Positions 22,924 to 34,950 are shown, counted from the stretch's first letter. The stretch is 64,000 nucleotides of DNA from Flavobacteriales bacterium (GCA_002737665.1 NSIF01000004.1:2228-66227), one strand, 5' to 3'. Notes: a model not told the origin generated them from the sequence alone. A program made the numbers and translations.

Positions 22924-25284
22924 TTATTTTTTTTCTGTCTGCTCAGATTTTTCTACTTCGTTTTCAACTGTTTTTTCTTCAATCTGTTTTTTTGGTAAAA
23001 TCATCTTTTCAAAAGTAGTTTTATAAAATTCTGCAGTTGCATCTACTTCTTTGCCCTTTTTGATTTTTTCATGTTTCATTTCAATAACGGTGCCTGTTTT
23101 TAAATCTAATGACACGTAATCGTAGGTATAATAATGTATGGGAATGAACATTTTGCGGATTGGGACAATTGCAACGCAGCTAATAGCATACCAAAAAGGA
23201 TGTTGAATTTTTTTACGGTATTCAGATTCTAAAAGTGTAAACATTATATATCGTGTGTCATACTTTTTAATAATAGCATCTATTTGTGCTTGATTATTTA
23301 AAGTAGTTGAATACCCATTACTTCCATGCTGCATTCGTTCATAGAACCATTCATTAAGGGCAGCTAAATCTGGGTAAATATTTTCATCCTGTGCACCCAT
23401 AGTGAATGGACTCAACATAATGCAACCTACACCAGCATTCTTGGCTGCAGTTGAAATAGCATTACTTAATTCTTTTTGCCCTTGCTCACTTTTGGTATAA
23501 TTCTGTTTCGATTCTTTTCTTGGTTTAGGTTGGACGTAATGCATGTAGTCCGGTGAAATAACAATTATTTTTTTTATATCCCAACCATACTTCTCACTTT
23601 CTTTAGCATCATTTTTTAATTCTTTTTTTGTTCGTGGCTCAATCCATGTTTCAGCTGTTGTATCGGTTGTATTTGTCCGATTGTTTACATAGTATTTAAA
23701 CAGCTTTACAAATTCAGGGTCTTTTAATTGTTCAACAAATGCGAATTTTATGAAACGTTCTTTTTGTGAATTTAGTCGGAAACGATCCATTCTTGAATAT
23801 TTTGAATCTCCAACCTCACCTGTTTCTCCAACACGTTGCAACGAATCGTTTCTAAACTCAGCCATTGCTTCAGTTGGGTTTATAGCGGAAAAATAGCTCA
23901 AGTGTAAATTTTGATTATTCACAAGCATAAAAAATAAACTGTCACAAAGCGATTTTTGAAATTGGTCAGCAGTGTCTTTTTTGTGTAATGACCAGTTGTA
24001 GGATAAAGCAAGTACAGTTAATTCATCCTCCTCCATTTCTTTGAACAAATGAAAAATCTGCTGTTGTTGACCAGGGTAATCATCGAAATCTGGAATCTGA
24101 TAATATGGTTCATTCATCAAATTTGAATACACACCCGATTCGTTGTTGCCATAAAATTCAGATAAATAAGAATTGGTTGAATATGAATTTAGTTCTTTTA
24201 AAGGTTGTCTGTAAGCAGCAAGTTCATAGAGAGTACGGCCTATAATTTTCTTCGGGAAAGATTCATTTGGACATTTCTTTAACATCAAAAAGGAGGAATA
24301 TATAGCATCAGCATATTTCCGCTCCATTAAGAATAATCTACAAATTTCATAGCGTGCTTTTTCACGTATATGTAAAAATTCGTCTTTTGAAACAATAAAT
24401 ATTTTTGATCCTCCGGTTTTTATAGAATCTAACTTTGCAATTATTGCCATTCTACGTTTGCGTACATTCGGATGTGTGCTGTTGCGGTCTTCATAATTGT
24501 CGTCCCTATATATTGGGTCGACTGCTTTCCTGAAATATCCAGTTGGAATAATTTGGTAATCTGTATTGAAAAATGTTGTGTCAAATGTGATGTCGTCAAA
24601 TGGCAACTCTGCATAATCTAAAATATCAAATGAACGGAGCGCCTGTTTCAAGCTATAAGGGGATTTTTTATAAAGTTCAAAACCCATTTGATCTGCTTCA
24701 AGTTCTTGTTCTTGGCTATAAGAGTAGTAGGATGAGAGTAAAAGATTGTAGGAAGTTTTTTCTTCCCTTTCAATTAATTCTTCACTGTTGAGATAACCCT
24801 TGAGCATGTGTTTTTCTTTAAAATGGGTTATTTCATGTGCTAATATATACGCGAGTTGAGCTTCGTTTTCTAATTGCGCAATTAGTCCTACAGTGATTAA
24901 AATATTTCCAGTTGCAGAAGTGAATGCATTTTGATCAGTTGATTTATAGGCGTAAAAATGAAGTTTGTTTAATGTTGCCGTATCATCTTTTAGAATGATT
25001 GTGGCTACTTTCGTTACATAAGCACTTAGCGAATCGTTGAAGAGCACCACTCCACTCATCAATCGTTGTTGTGTGTAGTAACTGCTCTCAATCATGAACT
25101 GCTCTTCTTTTTTATCAACAGTGTCATTCGCTAATTTTCGTTTTGCGATTTCCTCAGCAACTAATACATGGCTCGGGCTATAAAAAAAGACTGGAGGTTT
25201 CCCAGAAGGTTCAAGTGGTAATATTTGTGAAAATAAATTTCCACTATAAATAAATAATAACGAAAAAATAATATATATGCGCAT
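22924..25284 (-). CDS. Secreted M48-family zinc metallopeptidase with a long uncharacterised C-terminal region
   Basis: 786 aa with a signal peptide (MRIYIIFSLLFIYSGNLFSQ). It carries HEITH (HExxH), ELEAD (third ligand region) and STHPNVRKR, which together are typical of M48/BepA-like peptidases. About 500 further residues have no motif I recognise. Confidence 0.8.
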   Translation of the reverse strand: MRIYIIFSLLFIYSGNLFSQILPLEPSGKPPVFFYSPSHVLVAEEIAKRKLANDTVDKKEEQFMIESSYYTQQRLMSGVVLFNDSLSAYVTKVATIILKDDTATLNKLHFYAYKSTDQNAFTSATGNILITVGLIAQLENEAQLAYILAHEITHFKEKHMLKGYLNSEELIEREEKTSYNLLLSSYYSYSQEQELEADQMGFELYKKSPYSLKQALRSFDILDYAELPFDDITFDTTFFNTDYQIIPTGYFRKAVDPIYRDDNYEDRNSTHPNVRKRRMAIIAKLDSIKTGGSKIFIVSKDEFLHIREKARYEICRLFLMERKYADAIYSSFLMLKKCPNESFPKKIIGRTLYELAAYRQPLKELNSYSTNSYLSEFYGNNESGVYSNLMNEPYYQIPDFDDYPGQQQQIFHLFKEMEEDELTVLALSYNWSLHKKDTADQFQKSLCDSLFFMLVNNQNLHLSYFSAINPTEAMAEFRNDSLQRVGETGEVGDSKYSRMDRFRLNSQKERFIKFAFVEQLKDPEFVKLFKYYVNNRTNTTDTTAETWIEPRTKKELKNDAKESEKYGWDIKKIIVISPDYMHYVQPKPRKESKQNYTKSEQGQKELSNAISTAAKNAGVGCIMLSPFTMGAQDENIYPDLAALNEWFYERMQHGSNGYSTTLNNQAQIDAIIKKYDTRYIMFTLLESEYRKKIQHPFWYAISCVAIVPIRKMFIPIHYYTYDYVSLDLKTGTVIEMKHEKIKKGKEVDATAEFYKTTFEKMILPKKQIEEKTVENEVEKSEQTEKK

Positions 25285-25389
25285 TTTTTTAAGATAAATT
25301 TACTTGACGAAGTTACAATTACAAATTGAATTAATGCTATTTGTGATTATGTAAAAGACTGAAGGATTGTTAATTATTTGCTATTTTAT

Positions 25390-27231
25390 TTATTTGTGTA
25401 AATGCTCTAAAGAGCCCCCTTTTTCAAAAAAATGGTCAATTTGATTTTCTATTTTATTACTTTTTTCTAATACAGGTGCATGATGAGGTTTTGATCGCGA
25501 ATCGATGATGATTGAACTTTTGCATCCCCAGTGTTTAAATTCGGTAAATGAATTGACACCATAAATATCATGCGAAGGATTACTTCTTGTAAATGTCACC
25601 CAAATGAAATTAGCAGTGTTTTTCGAAACAAAATTTGGGTCATCACATAAAATTATTAATGGATAGCCATTTAGCTTTTCAGTTTGAGACGAGAGTTCCA
25701 CAGTCAGTTGGTTCAGTTCTTTTTCAGCATTTTCATAGGAGGAAAACGCTGGACCTTGGAGCGCAATTATGCCAGGCATTACAACACAAACACTTTCAAA
25801 GTTGTTAGTTAAATTTAAATTTGGGTTTTTTGTTTCTAATTTGCGACGTATCTCCCCCGTAGCTGCAAAAACTACTTTTGAACCTGAGTTGATCGACTCT
25901 CCGCTATAATCAAGTGTATCAATACTTGTATTTGTATGAAAATGGATGTCACGAGTGAAGTCAATACGTTCCAAAATGTGCGTTAAAAACGCTGGAATGT
26001 TGTAGATGTCTAAGTCGGGCTTGTCGTCAAAGGAAGAAATGAATAAATATTTTGCCAATGAAAGTTGTCCCGATCCGAGTATATTGTTTGCAATTGTTAA
26101 GATTTCGGCAGGTCGTTTTTCATTTAAGTATGGAGTATAACGTTCACTTCCAATAGCCAATAAAAGTGGGTGAACACCTGCAGCATCAACTGCGTGTATA
26201 TTTTTCAGTCCAGGAATTTGTGTTTGTAAACCTTTTTCAGCTAGTTCATGCACTAGCCATCCAAAGTTAGTGTCTTCTTGAGGAGGCCTTCCTACAACTG
26301 TAAATGGCCAGATTGCATCTTTTTTATGCCACACTTTATGTACACGCATCATTGGAAATAAATGTTTTAAACTATAATATCCAAGATGGTCTCCAAATGG
26401 TCCCTCCAATTTATTTTCATTAGGATATATTTCTCCAGTAATTACAAAATCAGCATCACTGGCAATACAATAGCCATCTTTATAAACATAACGAAACCTT
26501 CGATTTCCTAATACACCCGCAAATTTTAGTTCGGATAATCCTTCCGGCAATGGCATTACAGCGCTGAAAGGTAGAGCTGGTGGACCACCAATAAAAATTG
26601 AAACTTTTAGCGCTTGGTTTTTTTTATTGGCTTTTGTTTGATGAACACCAATTCCTCGGTGAAGTTGATAGTGTAAACCTATTTCCTTATTCTGAATGTA
26701 ATCATTGCCATTGAGTTGAATGCGATACATTCCCAAATTTGAATTTGAAATACCTGGTTTATCTATGTCTTCTGTATAAACGGCAGGCAGCGTTACAAAT
26801 GCGCCACCATCATTCAACCAATGTTTGATTTGTGGAAGGTCCGATATATTTATTTCGTTTTCAAGGACAGGCACATTGAAAATTGATTTTTTAGGGATGG
26901 ATTTTACGGCTGCAAAAATAATTTTTAAATTCTTAAGTGGATGTCGTAGGGCTTGTATTGGGTCAGTTTTTATCTCGACAAGTTTTTTTACATTTTCAAT
27001 TGAATTTCTAAAAATAAAATTAGCACGTTGTTTCGTTCCAAATAAATTGGAGACGGCCCTAAATTTACAATTTTTTATATTTTCAAAAAGTAGCGCGGGG
27101 CCACCTACTTCGAAAACACGTAAGTGAATGGCTGCTATCTCCAGATTTCCATCAACTTCTTCTTTTACGCGCACAAGATGTCCGTTTTTTTCAAGATCGA
27201 TAATACATGCTTCAAGACTCTTGTAACTCAT
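25390..27231 (-). CDS. UbiD-family (prenylated-FMN dependent) decarboxylase, long form
   Basis: 613 aa. The N-terminus ...LE.NG.LVRVKEEVD..LEIAAIH.RV...GGPALLFENIK and the overall layout fit UbiD / menaquinone-biosynthesis decarboxylase-type proteins. Confidence 0.88.
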   Translation of the reverse strand: MSYKSLEACIIDLEKNGHLVRVKEEVDGNLEIAAIHLRVFEVGGPALLFENIKNCKFRAVSNLFGTKQRANFIFRNSIENVKKLVEIKTDPIQALRHPLKNLKIIFAAVKSIPKKSIFNVPVLENEINISDLPQIKHWLNDGGAFVTLPAVYTEDIDKPGISNSNLGMYRIQLNGNDYIQNKEIGLHYQLHRGIGVHQTKANKKNQALKVSIFIGGPPALPFSAVMPLPEGLSELKFAGVLGNRRFRYVYKDGYCIASDADFVITGEIYPNENKLEGPFGDHLGYYSLKHLFPMMRVHKVWHKKDAIWPFTVVGRPPQEDTNFGWLVHELAEKGLQTQIPGLKNIHAVDAAGVHPLLLAIGSERYTPYLNEKRPAEILTIANNILGSGQLSLAKYLFISSFDDKPDLDIYNIPAFLTHILERIDFTRDIHFHTNTSIDTLDYSGESINSGSKVVFAATGEIRRKLETKNPNLNLTNNFESVCVVMPGIIALQGPAFSSYENAEKELNQLTVELSSQTEKLNGYPLIILCDDPNFVSKNTANFIWVTFTRSNPSHDIYGVNSFTEFKHWGCKSSIIIDSRSKPHHAPVLEKSNKIENQIDHFFEKGGSLEHLHK

Positions 27232-27275
27232 TTTGCTTGATTATATTTTTATATATTGATGAATTAGTAATGCAA

Positions 27276-30128
27276 TTATCGACTACAGATTCCTTTGAAA
27301 TCACAGTATGTACAGTTTTTCAAATCTTCTGTCTGGCTAAATTCTATGTCTCTGTTTAATAAATCTCCTACTAATTCTCGAAGCGAATCTTCAAAATTAG
27401 CTAAAGTAGAAGGAAGAATTAAATCACCATCTGGCGTTTTAACTTGCATAAAACCGGTACTTAATTTTCGGAAGGATATTATACCTGAAGCAATCGGTAA
27501 ATCACTCTTGTGCATTCTAGCATACAACCAGGAATACATTAGTAATTGAAAACTTTTTCCAATTTTGGTATTCGTTTGAATATCGGTCCAGTCCTCTACT
27601 TTCAATTCGTTTGTTTCAACTTTTCCTGTTTTGTAATCAATTAATGTAATTTGATAATCTGTTTTGTCGATCCGGTCAGCTGTCCCAATTAGTTTTATTG
27701 TTCTTCCCGCAACTTCAATTTCGTGATTCATTTTAAGCTCAAGTCCACTGACATGATTTTTGTTATTACTGTTTACCTTTTTGAGTTCTGCTTTTAGAAA
27801 AAGGTGAATGTACTTAATAGCTATTTTTTTTGCAAGCAAATTTTTTCCATGCGAGTCGCCATCTGATTTAAAATAAGATTTGAATAGGCTCTCGCAAGTT
27901 TGTGTTACTTTTTTTTTCGCATCATTTAAAAAAGGAACAGTTAAAATAGTGCCAATTGCAGGTTCATATAATATTTTGAGTGCTTCATGAATGATAGTCC
28001 CAAGCGTGTCCGCACCAATTGTTTCTAGTACTTCTTTAGGCTCTCGTAAATGCGCTATGTAATGAAAATAAAATCGCAATTTACAATCTCGATAACTATT
28101 TAGTGAAGAGGGTGACATCCCTTTTTCGACTAGATTTTCTATTCTGGCATTTATAGCATCGGTTTTTGGAATTGAAATTATTGTTGGTGTAGTGGAAGTG
28201 ATTGGAATACCTGCGTCAAAAACAACCTCAGTAATTTTTATATTTTTATTTACTTCTGGAAGTTCATAGAGTAATTGTGTAACAAATCGGCTTTTTTCAC
28301 GACTTCCAAAAATATCTTGGTCTGTATTATAAATTATGAAAATATTTTTTGCCCTTTGTAGTAAGCGATAAAAGTGATACGCCGATGCTGCATCTTTGTC
28401 ATTCCAGACAGGCATTCCAAAATATTTTCTAAGATCATAAATTATAAAAGATTGCTGCGATTTTCCAGTAGGAATAATAGCTTCATTAGCTGACAAAAGA
28501 ATTACATTTTCAAAATCAAGTGTTCGTGTTTCAAGCAGGCCCATTATTTGTAAGCCAGCTAACGGTTCACCAAAAAATGGAAGAGATGTAGCTGCTAATT
28601 GTTGGTCTATTAATGATTTTAAGGATCGTATATCATTTGTAAGGTTCCATTTTTCATGCAACGACCTAGCTCGTTTAACGATAAGGTTTAATTGAAATAA
28701 ATATTCAAGGTCTAAATTTAAGCTTGTGTCTCCGGGTACTTTTATATTGGCAGTGAAAATCGGCCGGAGTATTTCAATCAGATAACTCAAGCCATCAAGA
28801 GCTAGGTTTGTAGTAGCCCAGGGCTTTAGAAAATTAGCTATAGGTTCAAAAAAATCTTTTGTTTCTGGAACAAAACTTTGAAGCTGGCTAGCGGAACTGA
28901 AAATTATATTTTTCTTTCCAATATACGAATCAAGTTTTTCTGCTAATTTACTTTCTGCAAAAAGTTGTTTGGTATATGGGTGTCTGAAAATTCGACTTAG
29001 GTCGGTGTGGTAATATTTTAATTCACCATTTTTCGTATGAATATTGAATCGTTCCGCACTTAAATGCAATTGAAATAATGCGTTTACAAGGGATGCTATG
29101 GGAGTATTTCGCAATGGAAATCCCATCGTAATATTAATATTTTCAGCTTCTTTTGGAAGTGTGTGAAGCAAGGGTAGCAATAATTGCTCATCACCGAGTA
29201 CAATTGCAGTTGCAGGTGAATATTTTGTTTGAGGATCAATTGTTTCTAAAAAATGTGCTGCAGCTTTTGCTTGCGAAACCATTTTAGCTACTGCAATGAC
29301 TGTAATATTTTTTGTTTCAGTCGAAAAAATATTTTCAATATGCTCAAAAGCATTTGAGATAGTTGAATTTTGTTTGAAATACTCTTTTTTGTATTTTCTA
29401 AGAAATTTTCCAGCTTCATTTGCTTTGTTATCTAAATAATAGCTGTCACTATCCCAAAGTAAATCTGCATTACCTTTTTCTCTTAAGGAAGCGAATATCT
29501 TTTCTTCTGCACCATTTAAAGCGTTGAAACCCGCAAAAATTATTTTCACCCACTGTTTTTTTTCAACTAAGTCTACTATGTTTTCTGCTACATAGCGGTA
29601 AGCAAGACCAGGGTAGGCAAGATTTTCTTCATTTAATTTCTTTTTATATAGCTTGTACCATTTTGTAATAGAAGCCCAAAAATGCAAGTATTGTTTTTGA
29701 AATTCAGTTAGCGTCTGTTGTCCTAAACTCCATTCTTCGATTCCTCGAATGTCGCTGAGGTTGCCAAATAATTGTTCTGTATCAACAAGGTAAATATCAG
29801 CTTCATTAAAATCGTTGAGTAGGGTAGGAGCCCACTTACAAAAATCTTCAAATGATTCAGCTTTTTCCTTTTCGGATTCTTTGTAAACTGAATAAAATAT
29901 ATAAAGTTGTTCTGCTAAATCAGCTTTTTTATTTCCAGCAAGTTCCCATATAAAATCTTCAATAGAAAAAATAGTTGGCGACCATATAGGACCTTTCGAA
30001 TGAGTTGCTAAATTTTTCTTGATAAATAATCCAGCTCGTCGATTAGGAACTACGATGCACAGGTCTTCAATTTTTTCTCCGTAATTAGAAAAAATATAAT
30101 CACTTACTTTTCTTAGAAAGCCTTCCAT
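27276..30128 (-). CDS. AddB-like PD-(D/E)XK nuclease with C-terminal Fe-S cysteine set
   Basis: 950 aa. It has the RecB-family nuclease motif GTADRID...LIDYKTGK, and four Cys in the AddB pattern (YRDCKLRFYF ... CTYCDFKGIC). There is no P-loop in the first 60 residues. Confidence 0.8.
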   Translation of the reverse strand: MEGFLRKVSDYIFSNYGEKIEDLCIVVPNRRAGLFIKKNLATHSKGPIWSPTIFSIEDFIWELAGNKKADLAEQLYIFYSVYKESEKEKAESFEDFCKWAPTLLNDFNEADIYLVDTEQLFGNLSDIRGIEEWSLGQQTLTEFQKQYLHFWASITKWYKLYKKKLNEENLAYPGLAYRYVAENIVDLVEKKQWVKIIFAGFNALNGAEEKIFASLREKGNADLLWDSDSYYLDNKANEAGKFLRKYKKEYFKQNSTISNAFEHIENIFSTETKNITVIAVAKMVSQAKAAAHFLETIDPQTKYSPATAIVLGDEQLLLPLLHTLPKEAENINITMGFPLRNTPIASLVNALFQLHLSAERFNIHTKNGELKYYHTDLSRIFRHPYTKQLFAESKLAEKLDSYIGKKNIIFSSASQLQSFVPETKDFFEPIANFLKPWATTNLALDGLSYLIEILRPIFTANIKVPGDTSLNLDLEYLFQLNLIVKRARSLHEKWNLTNDIRSLKSLIDQQLAATSLPFFGEPLAGLQIMGLLETRTLDFENVILLSANEAIIPTGKSQQSFIIYDLRKYFGMPVWNDKDAASAYHFYRLLQRAKNIFIIYNTDQDIFGSREKSRFVTQLLYELPEVNKNIKITEVVFDAGIPITSTTPTIISIPKTDAINARIENLVEKGMSPSSLNSYRDCKLRFYFHYIAHLREPKEVLETIGADTLGTIIHEALKILYEPAIGTILTVPFLNDAKKKVTQTCESLFKSYFKSDGDSHGKNLLAKKIAIKYIHLFLKAELKKVNSNNKNHVSGLELKMNHEIEVAGRTIKLIGTADRIDKTDYQITLIDYKTGKVETNELKVEDWTDIQTNTKIGKSFQLLMYSWLYARMHKSDLPIASGIISFRKLSTGFMQVKTPDGDLILPSTLANFEDSLRELVGDLLNRDIEFSQTEDLKNCTYCDFKGICSR

Positions 30129-30231
30129 TTAGCTAAATATATTTTGATAAACTTAAGCCAAATTTAAGGCTTAATTGCTTGAAATGTGTCCTAAATAGTG
30201 AACCACGATTGAGAAATGATAAATTTATATT

Positions 30232-30639
30232 TTAGTCTTGGTCAGGTGTAGTTCCCCATCCGTCAAAGGCACAATCGTAGCCGTAGCCCAATTCACACAT
30301 TTCTTTACTCCAAGCAATTACCGTTTCTGTGTTTATTTTAATTTTATCTGTCCAGCCATTTATGAGAAAAATAGTTGTGGGTCCTGGAACTTTTGAATAG
30401 TCGGCGCTGTACCCTCTATTTTTAAGGCAGTTAGCAAAATCTTTTGCTTTACCAGCAGCATTTGTATAAAAGAAAAACTCTAATCTTAATGATTCAGAAG
30501 GAGTTTCTTCTAAATGCTTAAGTCTTTCAAGTATTTCAGGTGTTGCTTTGAACTCTTTTAGGACTATTTCTTCAAATTTATTTTCAGAAATAAATTGTTT
30601 TGATGCCCCAGCTGCTTGTAGAAAATCATTTAGGTTCAT
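30232..30639 (-). CDS. Small cytoplasmic protein, RraB-like (regulator of ribonuclease activity B family), tentative
   Basis: 135 aa. The core LEFFFYTN....A..FA..L...GY ... and the C-terminal YDCAFDGWGT resemble the RraB fold family. The assignment is by eye only. Confidence 0.5.
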   Translation of the reverse strand: MNLNDFLQAAGASKQFISENKFEEIVLKEFKATPEILERLKHLEETPSESLRLEFFFYTNAAGKAKDFANCLKNRGYSADYSKVPGPTTIFLINGWTDKIKINTETVIAWSKEMCELGYGYDCAFDGWGTTPDQD

Positions 30640-30691
30640 CTTGAGTTAGAACAATAATTGAACGTTCATTAAGAAAAAAAGATAATCCGGT

Positions 30692-32356
<1,665 letters not shown>

Positions 32357-32419
32357 TTAATGTAGATTGTTTGAAAAGAAGGATGATTTTATTTCTTTAA
32401 CACTCTTTTTTCAATTCAT

Positions 32420-34786
32420 TTAAAATGACCAGTTCATACTCAAACTTGGCATTATTGGGAGTTGGTCCACTCGTTTGTAGGATATTCGATCGAAGTAGAA
32501 TACGTTTTGACGATTATAAGCATTTGTTACACCCAGCGCAACTTCGAGTTTGTTGCTTTCGCTGAATTCAAATTTTTTCTTGATGGTTGCATCCAATCGT
32601 GCGTAAGCTGGGAGTTGATGGGAGTTTAATTTCCCGTAAAGTACACCGAGCTGTCCGTTTTGTGTGGTGTAGTCGGTTGTAATATTATCGAAACTGAGAT
32701 TTTCATAAAATCCAGCAGTTGGTGTAAAAGGAAATCCAGTTCCTAAATTCCAACGTAAGTCAATTTCCCAAGATTTATATTTTCCGAAATTATAAGATGT
32801 AACGAGATTAATGTTGTGGCGGCGATCAAAATTTGGACGATAAGTTTGCAATCCATCCCAGCGTTTTACAAAGCCAAGTGAATAAACTCCCCAGAAATAA
32901 AAATCTTTGTATTCATATTTTATAAGAAAATCAATTCCATAGGCTTTTCCAGTTTCAATTATAAAATCTTTTTTAAATAAATCAGGCTTGTTGGCATGTG
33001 CCTGGTCATCTTCATAAAGCTTGTTCCGATTAAGATTTGTAAGCTGAGAAAAATCTTTTAAATAACCTTCAATGTTGATTGTAATATCACCCCATTTTTG
33101 AATGGAATCGATTGGGTTCCATTCAAATCCAAAAATGTAATGATTGGCTTTTTGCAACTTGTGCGAAATGTCATATGTTTTTCCGTTTTCGTCAGTAAAG
33201 GTGGATGGTAAATTATCGCTACCTGAAAGAAATCCATAAAATAAATTTACAACATCACGATCCGAAGTTGCACTCAATAAATTTTGAGAGTAAATGCCTG
33301 TAGCACCTTTTAATCGGAAGTGATTGTTGATGTTGTATTTAAAGCCAAGGCGAGGTTCTGGAGAAATATTTGAAAGTGTTGCATAGTATTGCAAACGAAA
33401 ACCAGGTTCAACTATTAATGTACGATTAGTAGTTGAATCTTTTTTACCACCGAAATTTCCTGAAATCCATTTGTATTTTATGTAGCAGCCTAATTCTGTC
33501 GTGTTTTCAACTTGGGTTATGTTACGGCGCACAGCATTTTCAAAATTGAAATCGGTTTTAAATCCTAAAACCTCAATGCCATAATTCACCACATTTTTTC
33601 TATGAAAATAGGTGAAGTTTAATCCTAAATTAAATCCGTTAACTGCACTATTTCTTTCAGAGTAATAATCTTCACGCATTCCAATATTATATTTTGAATA
33701 AGCAAAGTTGCCTTTAATGAGTGTAGTTGAGTTAGCCGGCACTACTTGAAAATTACTTCCAAATCCAAGTGACTTCCATTTTAAATCTGCGGAACCTTTA
33801 TATCTGGCAACAGTGTCGTTGAAAGAAAAACCAAAAACATTTAATTTATTTCCACTCGAACCATTTACTGCAATCTTTCCGTAGTAATCACTGAAGTTAA
33901 ATGGCAATCCATTTCGATCAATGTACCCATAAAATATTTTTGAAGTTTCGCGAAGGAAAGAGTTTTTTGCAGAAAAAACATAAGAAATTGCCGCACGTGT
34001 TTGCAAACTATCGAATCTGCGTAGTGGACCTTCCAACATTAATTTTGCACCAAATGGACTCACCGTTACTTTTCCACCCAAATGTTTTTTATTTCCGTCG
34101 CGTGTAGTAATATCCATAATAGATGATATTCTCCCACCGTAGTCTGCGTTAAAACCTCCTGTGTAAACGTCAAGATTTTTGACAATGTCGGTGTCAAAAA
34201 CAGAAAATAAGCCAATGGAGTGAAACGGATTGTAAATAATCATTCCGTCTAATAAAACTTTGTTTTGCACCGGCGTGCCGCCTCTGATGTATAATTGTCC
34301 TCCTTGGTCTCCGGTACTTACAACGCCTGGTAAAACTTGAACCGATTGTGCAATGTCTGCAACGCCACCTATAGCAACAACGCGATTTATATCTTTACTG
34401 TCCATAGTTGATTTTGCAACTCCAGGATTTTCCTGCTCTTCTTGACGTTTAGCCGAAATTATTACTTCTCGCATTACTCGTGGTTGAAGTATTATGTTGT
34501 AATTGGCAATTACTCCTGCCTTAATTGTCAGTGTCTGTTTTGTTGCTAAAAAACTTCCTTGCTGGGCTACGAGCGTGTAGGTTCCTGATGGTATTTTGGT
34601 AAGAGAATAAAATCCATTGATGTCACTTTGCACACCCATTGATGTTCCTTCTAGATATACAAGTGCAAACAATACAGCTTCACCATTTGTTTTGCTTGTA
34701 ACAGTTCCCCTAATAGTACTTGTTTGAGCTTCAGCAATCAATGGAATTAAAAATAGTGATAAAAGCTGAATAAATTTATTGAACAT
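32420..34786 (-). CDS. TonB-dependent receptor with N-terminal carboxypeptidase-regulatory-like domain
   Basis: The likely start is the ATG at 34786, which gives the signal peptide MFNKFIQLLSLFLIPLIAEAQ. The ORF-track start at 34834 adds 16 aa. It has an IRGTV....G.........G...D..G.Y.L..IP.G.Y CarbopepD_reg-like segment and a plug region (...VLPGVVSTGDQGGQLYIRGG). The C-terminal ...LSMNWSF is an OMP beta-signal. There is no adjacent SusD. Confidence 0.85.
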   Translation of the reverse strand: MFNKFIQLLSLFLIPLIAEAQTSTIRGTVTSKTNGEAVLFALVYLEGTSMGVQSDINGFYSLTKIPSGTYTLVAQQGSFLATKQTLTIKAGVIANYNIILQPRVMREVIISAKRQEEQENPGVAKSTMDSKDINRVVAIGGVADIAQSVQVLPGVVSTGDQGGQLYIRGGTPVQNKVLLDGMIIYNPFHSIGLFSVFDTDIVKNLDVYTGGFNADYGGRISSIMDITTRDGNKKHLGGKVTVSPFGAKLMLEGPLRRFDSLQTRAAISYVFSAKNSFLRETSKIFYGYIDRNGLPFNFSDYYGKIAVNGSSGNKLNVFGFSFNDTVARYKGSADLKWKSLGFGSNFQVVPANSTTLIKGNFAYSKYNIGMREDYYSERNSAVNGFNLGLNFTYFHRKNVVNYGIEVLGFKTDFNFENAVRRNITQVENTTELGCYIKYKWISGNFGGKKDSTTNRTLIVEPGFRLQYYATLSNISPEPRLGFKYNINNHFRLKGATGIYSQNLLSATSDRDVVNLFYGFLSGSDNLPSTFTDENGKTYDISHKLQKANHYIFGFEWNPIDSIQKWGDITINIEGYLKDFSQLTNLNRNKLYEDDQAHANKPDLFKKDFIIETGKAYGIDFLIKYEYKDFYFWGVYSLGFVKRWDGLQTYRPNFDRRHNINLVTSYNFGKYKSWEIDLRWNLGTGFPFTPTAGFYENLSFDNITTDYTTQNGQLGVLYGKLNSHQLPAYARLDATIKKKFEFSESNKLEVALGVTNAYNRQNVFYFDRISYKRVDQLPIMPSLSMNWSF

Positions 34787-34950
34787 ATTTTGCAATTTGT
34801 TGTTAACTTTTATTTCAAAAGAATGAAATCGCATTCATCTAAAATTTGAATACGATTTCGGATGTAAAAGTAAGGTTAAAGATGATTTAAAACACATTTT
34901 ATTGTGTCGGTTGCATTTAGAATCCATCTGATGTTTTTTGCCTTTGGTAG

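Noticed and set aside
26825-27127. 100-aa plus-strand ORF inside the UbiD-family gene
   Set aside because: It is an antisense shadow ORF with low-complexity Phe/Ile/Lys-rich sequence.
30153-30174. Hairpin TTAAGCC-N8-GGCTTAA after the RraB-like gene, as a possible terminator
   Set aside because: The stem is only 7 bp and AT-rich with no clean U-run on the minus strand. It also overlaps a TAAATTTG promoter-type motif for the AddB-like gene. The evidence is ambiguous, so I did not call it.
34787-34834. 16-codon N-terminal extension of the TonB-dependent receptor
   Set aside because: The internal ATG at 34786 yields a standard signal peptide (MFNKFIQLLSLFLIPLIAEAQ). The extension would bury it.
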